DNA of 32,000 nucleotides from contig NC_011979.1 of NCBI RefSeq assembly GCF_000022265.1, positions 2,520,001 through 2,552,000 of the forward strand, read 5' to 3'. Both the position numbers and the translations under genes were made by a program. The DNA comes from Geotalea daltonii FRC-32 (GTDB lineage: Bacteria; Desulfobacterota; Desulfuromonadia; Geobacterales; Geobacteraceae). How positions within the stretch are numbered: position 1 is the stretch's first letter; every line of letters starts with the position of its first letter. Shown here in pieces: positions 27,685 to 32,000 of this stretch. The notes under the pieces were generated by a model that saw only the letters and a program-made list of their open reading frames with translations, did no database searches and was not told the DNA's origin.

Positions 27685-28644
27685 ATGGGACGCCTCAATC
27701 TGATCCTGCTTCTCATAGCCTCATTTTTCTTTTATGGAATGCTGAAGCAGGTGGGGTGGGAAAACCTGGAACAATATTTCCATCGGGTTGGTTATGCCGG
27801 ATTGCTTCTGCTTGTGCCTTACGGGATCATGAACCTTTTGTCCGCCCTTGCCTGGCAGGTGCTCATTGTTGATTCGACCGCACCTGTGTCTCTGGGCCGG
27901 TTGTTTTTGCTCCGTCTGGCGGGAGAGTCGCTTAATCAATTGACACCAATGGCTTCATTGGGAGGAGAACCTTTCAAGGCTCTAAGGCTGAAGGCCTCAG
28001 GTATTTCCTGGCAACAGGCGACGGCCTCGCTCATTATCCACAAAGGACTGATGGTCATGAGCCTGGTCTTGTATATATTTCTGAGCCTTGCCCTGGTGCC
28101 TTTTGTCATGCCTGTCGGAGTGTTTAGGCTGGGGCTGCTCCTGGCCTGCGCAGTGATCCTGACCGGGGCAGGGGTGGCCTTTGTTGTTTTGCAGCATCGT
28201 AATCCATGTGTCCTCCTGATCAGACTACTGGAGCGTTGGGGTAAGTGCCCGGCTTTTCTGAAGGCGAGGAAGGAAGAGCTGGCAAGTCTCGATGCTGCCA
28301 TGGCAGGATTTTACAACAGGTATCCCGGCAAAAGTGCACTGGCATTCTTGTTCTTGTTCCTTAACTGGCTTGTGCAGGGAGTTGAAGTTTACCTCATCTT
28401 TCATCTGCTGGGCCAGTCGGTAGAGTGGCAACTGGCGTTGTGTCTGGATGCACTGGCCATGCTCTTTACGGCGCTTGGTTTCATGATTCCCGTTCAACTC
28501 GGGGTCCAGGACGGAGGGAATGTGTTGCTTGCGCTGGGTTTCAGGCTTGGAGCAGCCGTAGGGTTGGCTTTCAGTATCTTGCGAAGAATAAGGGAGGCAT
28601 TCTGGTTGCTTGTGGGACTTGTGGTGGTAACATGGGAGAGATAA
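27685..28644 (+). CDS. flippase-like polytopic membrane protein (UPF0104 / LPG-synthase-TM / HpnL-like family)
   Basis: About 8 hydrophobic segments. Family-typical loop LTPMASLGGEPFKALRL. The start is ATG 27685, or GTG 27619, which overlaps the sulfotransferase stop as GTGA. Confidence 0.72.
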   Translation: MGRLNLILLLIASFFFYGMLKQVGWENLEQYFHRVGYAGLLLLVPYGIMNLLSALAWQVLIVDSTAPVSLGRLFLLRLAGESLNQLTPMASLGGEPFKALRLKASGISWQQATASLIIHKGLMVMSLVLYIFLSLALVPFVMPVGVFRLGLLLACAVILTGAGVAFVVLQHRNPCVLLIRLLERWGKCPAFLKARKEELASLDAAMAGFYNRYPGKSALAFLFLFLNWLVQGVEVYLIFHLLGQSVEWQLALCLDALAMLFTALGFMIPVQLGVQDGGNVLLALGFRLGAAVGLAFSILRRIREAFWLLVGLVVVTWER

Positions 28645-28707
28645 ATTGCTTTGGTCCTTATTGGGATTAACCGGAAGAGGATCAAAATCTACAGGAGGTG
28701 GATTGCA

Positions 28708-29403
28708 ATGAAAAAGGTACTTTCGCTTATCACTGTCATGTTCTTTTTGCTGCTTCCCGCGCTGTCCTGGTCGGCTTCTGTCAGACCGGGTGCTTACGTC
28801 TCAGGTTTTATCGGAGTTTCCGTTCCCCGTGATGCCAGTGTCAACAGTAGCCAGTTTGCCAGCGATGGTTCCATGCTGAACGCTACCGATGAGGTGGAAT
28901 TCGACCCTGGAATCAATATCGGCGGCACTGGTGGCTACGATTTTGGATTTCTGCGTCTTGAGGGAGAGCTTTCTTTCAAATACTCTGAAATAAACAGGAT
29001 TACCGACACTGCGGATGGTTTCAGATTCGGCAACCCTGATGGGAATATCGGTGTTTTCGCCATGATGGGCAACGCCTTTTTCGATCTGCACAATCCCGGT
29101 CCGGTTACGCCATATGTGGGGGGAGGCGTCGGGTTTGCGACTCTGCATCTTAGTGACACGTTCGGCACCGACGTTACAACCAGCGGACCAGAACGTATCT
29201 TCCTTTATCCGGAGGATGACGACATGGTGTTTGCTTACCAGGCTGGAGCGGGGGTGGGCATTGCTCTTAATCGGAGGCTTACCCTGGATATAGGCTACCG
29301 CTACTTCGGCACTTCCAGAGCCAGGTTCGGCGATGGTTTTGACACTGCCGACCTGCGATATGAAAGCCACAATGCTGCTGTGGGGCTGAGGGTGAAATTT
29401 TAG
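28708..29403 (+). CDS. outer-membrane beta-barrel protein (OmpA-like/opacity-type 8-strand barrel family)
   Basis: ATG 28708 after AGGAGG. Signal peptide MKKVLSLITVMFFLLLPALSWSA. Alternating hydrophobic beta pattern with Gly/aromatic girdles. C-terminal beta-signal ending ...VGLRVKF. Confidence 0.8.
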   Translation: MKKVLSLITVMFFLLLPALSWSASVRPGAYVSGFIGVSVPRDASVNSSQFASDGSMLNATDEVEFDPGINIGGTGGYDFGFLRLEGELSFKYSEINRITDTADGFRFGNPDGNIGVFAMMGNAFFDLHNPGPVTPYVGGGVGFATLHLSDTFGTDVTTSGPERIFLYPEDDDMVFAYQAGAGVGIALNRRLTLDIGYRYFGTSRARFGDGFDTADLRYESHNAAVGLRVKF

Positions 29404-29459
29404 CCCCAGTATTAATTCTGTCGCGAAATTCAATGGCAATTTGATGCGGCGAGGTTTGG

Positions 29460-29738
29460 ATGTCGGGCTACGTAAAACCTGAGATGATTATATTCCTGAT
29501 AGTTGTCGCTTCGGGGATATGCGGTGGCTGGATGGCCGCAAACAGGGGCCGCAATTTCATCGGTTGGTGCCTGATATGTGCGCTGCTGCCGGTATTTTTA
29601 CTGGTGATATATTTTTCCAGGCCGCTGTGCCAGGTCGAAGGGAAATTCAAACTTTGCCCAAAATGCAGGGAGTATATAAGGTGGAATGAGACTGTATGCA
29701 GGTACTGCAAGCAGGTCCAACCACCCCCCCCAGAGTAG
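29460..29738 (+). CDS. 92-aa membrane protein with two TM helices and a C-terminal zinc ribbon
   Basis: GAGG SD 5 nt upstream. TM1 IIFLIVVASGICGGWMA, TM2 WCLICALLPVFLLVIYF, then CPKC-x11-CRYC and a Pro-rich tail. Co-directional with the OMP gene, with a 56-nt gap. Confidence 0.55.
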   Translation: MSGYVKPEMIIFLIVVASGICGGWMAANRGRNFIGWCLICALLPVFLLVIYFSRPLCQVEGKFKLCPKCREYIRWNETVCRYCKQVQPPPPE

Positions 29739-29957
29739 TCATTCCGCGTCCAGTTCCCACTGGTCCGCATTCAGGTCGTGACGCAGCAGGTAAACCCTGC
29801 TGTCGTCGGCCGCCACCTTGAAGTAGTTGGCATCCACGCCATACCAGCGGTCCAGTATCTCCATTACACGAAAAGTCTGTTCCCCAAGCATGAATGAACT
29901 CGGCCGCTCGTCGGCCTTATATCCTGAATAGGTCTGGATGGTCACTGGTACCTGCAT
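29739..29957 (-). CDS. 72-aa hypothetical protein
   Basis: ATG 29957 is preceded by GGGAGAG. MQVPVTIQTYSGYKADERPSSFMLGEQTFRVMEILDRWYGVDANYFKVAADDSRVYLLRHDLNADQWELDAE. The composition looks like a folded beta-rich domain. I cannot name the family. Confidence 0.5.
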   Translation of the reverse strand: MQVPVTIQTYSGYKADERPSSFMLGEQTFRVMEILDRWYGVDANYFKVAADDSRVYLLRHDLNADQWELDAE

Positions 29958-30145
29958 AGTCTCTCCCGATTTTATGATACTGATCACCCACTAATTTCCT
30001 TTAAACCACCTTCTTCTTCTAGTTAACCATAAAATCTCAGGAAAGGAACCATATTAGCCCTGGTAATTTTACGCTCGAATTGTCTTTACCTCCTGCGGTA
30101 TTTGCCGAAAAGAAATGCATCTCTTTTCATTTACGGGGGAAGATC

Positions 30146-30544
30146 ATGCAGCTGGTAAAATGGGATAATACTCTGACTTTAGGTGTTGAGCCGTTTGACG
30201 ACCATCACAAGCACCTGGTATGTCTTCTTAATGAGACCTATGACCTGTTCATTGCGGGCGAAAAGCCGTCATCTCTGGAAGAGGTAATCGATGAACTTAT
30301 CGATTATGCCACCTACCACTTTTCCTCGGAAGAGCTGTGGATGGTCAAATTGAATTATCCAAAACAGGAAGAACACAAGAAACAGCACGAGGAGTTTTCA
30401 TCTCGGGTGGTGAATTTTCAGCGAGATTTGATACAGAAAGGAAGCACCTCGACACTGGAAGTGCTCAGCTTTCTACAGCGATGGCTTGTGGAGCACATAA
30501 AGCACAGTGATGGAGAGTACAGCAGGTTTATCCATAATGGATGA
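30146..30544 (+). CDS. bacteriohemerythrin
   Basis: From ATG 30146: MQLVKWDNTLTLGVEPFDDHHKHL..., with the hemerythrin His/Glu/Asp ligand pattern (DDHHKHL, HFSSEE, HKKQHEEF, WLVEHIKHSD). 132 aa. Confidence 0.85.
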   Translation: MQLVKWDNTLTLGVEPFDDHHKHLVCLLNETYDLFIAGEKPSSLEEVIDELIDYATYHFSSEELWMVKLNYPKQEEHKKQHEEFSSRVVNFQRDLIQKGSTSTLEVLSFLQRWLVEHIKHSDGEYSRFIHNG

Positions 30545-30573
30545 CTTTGAGCGGCCGGCCATGGGTGAAGTAT

Positions 30574-31281
30574 TTATTTCTCACCTGTATAGACAGTGGC
30601 GATACCCAGTGTCAGGTCGTGGTGCTGGGTATTTTTAAAACCAACTCCGGCCATGGTAGCTTTGAACTGATCCTGGGAGGGGAATTCAATTACAGAGTCG
30701 GGCAGGTATTTATAAGCGCTGAATTTCGAGAAGAGCCCGCCTATGACGGGCAGGACCTTGAGAAAATAAAAGTGATAAAGGTGCTTAAACAGTACAAAGC
30801 GCGGTGTGGAAAACTCCAGTATCACCACTCTGCCTCCAGGTTTAAGGACACGGTACATTTCCTTGAGCCCCTGGGACCGGTCAACAACATTTCTGATGCC
30901 AAAGGCGATGGTAATGGAATCAAAACTGTCATCGGCAAAGGGAATATCTTCGCAAGGAGCAACCTGCATGTTTATGCGTCCTGCGTAGGACGAGGCAGCC
31001 ACCTTCTGTTTCCCCAACTCAACCATTTCACCGCTGAAATCGATGCCTGTAATGGAAACTGACGACGGCGTCCGGGCTGCTATTTCCAATGCCACATCTC
31101 CCGTGCCGGTGGCGACATCGAGTATGCGGCCATTGGGTGCATATTTGATTTTCTTGACGGCAAAGCGGCGCCAGCTTCGGTCTATGCCGAAACTCAGAAC
31201 CCTGTTGAGAAAGTCATAGCGGGGGGCGATAGTGTCGAACATTTCCTGGATCTTTTCACCCTTTTCCGTGAGTTTAAACAT
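30574..31281 (-). CDS. ubiE: demethylmenaquinone/ubiquinone C-methyltransferase
   Basis: From ATG 31281: MFKLTEKGEKIQEMFDTIAPRYDFLNRVLSFGIDRSWRR..., SAM motif ILDVATGTGDVA, LKPGGRVVILEFS, and KYLPDSV. 235 aa. Confidence 0.9.
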   Translation of the reverse strand: MFKLTEKGEKIQEMFDTIAPRYDFLNRVLSFGIDRSWRRFAVKKIKYAPNGRILDVATGTGDVALEIAARTPSSVSITGIDFSGEMVELGKQKVAASSYAGRINMQVAPCEDIPFADDSFDSITIAFGIRNVVDRSQGLKEMYRVLKPGGRVVILEFSTPRFVLFKHLYHFYFLKVLPVIGGLFSKFSAYKYLPDSVIEFPSQDQFKATMAGVGFKNTQHHDLTLGIATVYTGEK

Positions 31282-31460
31282 TTTCCCTACCTTTTTAACC
31301 ACATAAATGATATAAGTCCGGTTGTTTTGTATCCGGCACTTGGGAGACAAAATTTTTAACACAAAGGTGGCATGCATACCAGAAAAATGTTACTCCGGCT
31401 CAACCGATAGAGCCGTAGCAAGGCGTCAGGTCCAACCCCTGCCGTAACCGAGGGTTACAG

Positions 31461-32000
31461 TTGTTTTCCTATTTTCGCCCCCAAGATATCGCGGACATAC
31501 TGATCATGAGTTTTCTTGTCTACCAGCTGTACAGCTGGTTCAAGAATACCAGAGCACTGCAGGTGGTAATCGGCCTCGGCTTTCTCGGTCTTCTCTATGT
31601 GATAACCAAGAACCTGGGGTTGTTCATGACCAGTTGGATACTCCAGGAACTGGGGACGGTTCTCTTCATCCTCCTTATTGTCATCTTCCAGGGCGAAATA
31701 CGTCAGGCACTTTACCGTTTCAGTCTTTTGAGGAACCTCTTCGATCGCCAGGACAACCCATCCCAAATTGACATTATGGATCTGGCCAATACTGTTTTCT
31801 CTCTGGCTCAGGAGAAGACAGGCGCACTGATCGTTTTTCAGCGTAGAGAGAACCTGGATGACTACCTTTTGCATGGTATCCAGTTGGACAGTCTACCCTG
31901 CAGCCAGCTCTTGATGAGTATCTTCAGGGATGGAGCTCCGTTGCATGACGGCGCCGTCATCATACGGGAAGGTCGCATTGCCCAGGCTTCCTGTCATTTG
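31461..32000 (+). CDS. cdaA: diadenylate cyclase CdaA (N-terminal TM region plus DAC domain, 3' end outside window)
   Basis: Open frame from the in-frame stop at 31416-31418 to the window end, so it is absent from the ORF track. It translates to ...DIADILIMSFLVYQLYSWFKNTRALQVVIGLGFL...TGALIVFQRRENLDDY...FRDGAPLHDGAVIIREGRIAQASCHL, which carries DAC-domain hallmarks. The start is TTG 31461 or ATG 31506. Confidence 0.85.
   Translation, partial: MFSYFRPQDIADILIMSFLVYQLYSWFKNTRALQVVIGLGFLGLLYVITKNLGLFMTSWILQELGTVLFILLIVIFQGEIRQALYRFSLLRNLFDRQDNPSQIDIMDLANTVFSLAQEKTGALIVFQRRENLDDYLLHGIQLDSLPCSQLLMSIFRDGAPLHDGAVIIREGRIAQASCHL

Noticed and set aside
28801-29439. 212-aa minus-strand ORF opposite the OM beta-barrel gene.
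   Set aside because: The plus-strand product has a signal peptide, amphipathic beta pattern, terminal Phe and a strong SD. The antisense ORF has none of these.
30541-31062. 173-aa plus-strand ORF beginning at the hemerythrin stop.
   Set aside because: It is antisense to ubiE, which has a full set of SAM-methyltransferase motifs. It has no SD and no recognisable domain.
31455-31874. 139-aa minus-strand ORF listed in the track at the window end.
   Set aside because: The opposite (plus) frame is open to the window edge and encodes a diadenylate cyclase with DAC-domain hallmarks. The minus-strand ORF is its shadow.
1-32000. Scan for CRISPR repeats, tRNA/rRNA genes, IS elements with terminal inverted repeats, integrases and long direct repeats.
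   Set aside because: I found nothing by eye: no periodic repeat-spacer structure, no tRNA-like T-arm/acceptor combination and no transposase or integrase motifs in any frame. A by-eye scan is weak for short or degenerate repeats, so tRNAscan-SE, Infernal and a self-dot-plot would be needed to be sure.

Overview
Chromosomal, mostly housekeeping DNA with moderate GC. Gene content and order resemble a Geobacter-like (Desulfuromonadales) deltaproteobacterium; that assignment is an inference from synteny. I saw no rRNA, tRNA, CRISPR array, transposase or integrase. Bases 1-12426 hold 15 co-directional plus-strand genes: pyrG (5' truncated), kdsA, kdsD, kdsC, lptC, lptA, lptB, rpoN, hpf, ptsN, hprK, rapZ, an orphan mannose-class EIIA, ptsH and ptsI. 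Together they link KDO/LPS-transport functions, sigma-54 and a PTS with no permease gene in this window. Next come a hopanoid side-chain-like cluster (hpnG-like phosphorylase divergent from hpnJ-hpnK plus a small 4-TM EamA-type protein), a secreted glutaredoxin-fold/PDZ pair, asnS, lpxC and a large Cache-HAMP-PAS-GGDEF-EAL sensor. After a bidirectional terminator the content looks more accessory. It includes an orphan DUF815-type AAA+ ATPase, then a small zinc-ribbon gene and a small HTH gene diverging across a 316-bp AT-rich spacer. Class I fumarate hydratase follows. Then comes an apparent four-gene operon: sulfotransferase, flippase-like UPF0104/HpnL-like membrane protein, outer-membrane beta-barrel, and a 2-TM zinc-ribbon protein. 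The window ends with a 72-aa conserved-looking protein, bacteriohemerythrin, ubiE/menG and the 5' part of diadenylate cyclase cdaA. That last gene is missing from the ORF track because it runs off the window. My best candidate for an undescribed system is the sulfotransferase/flippase-like/OMP operon (26.3-29.7 kb), possibly connected to the hopanoid genes 12 kb upstream. All functional calls rest on motif recognition by eye; no searches were run.
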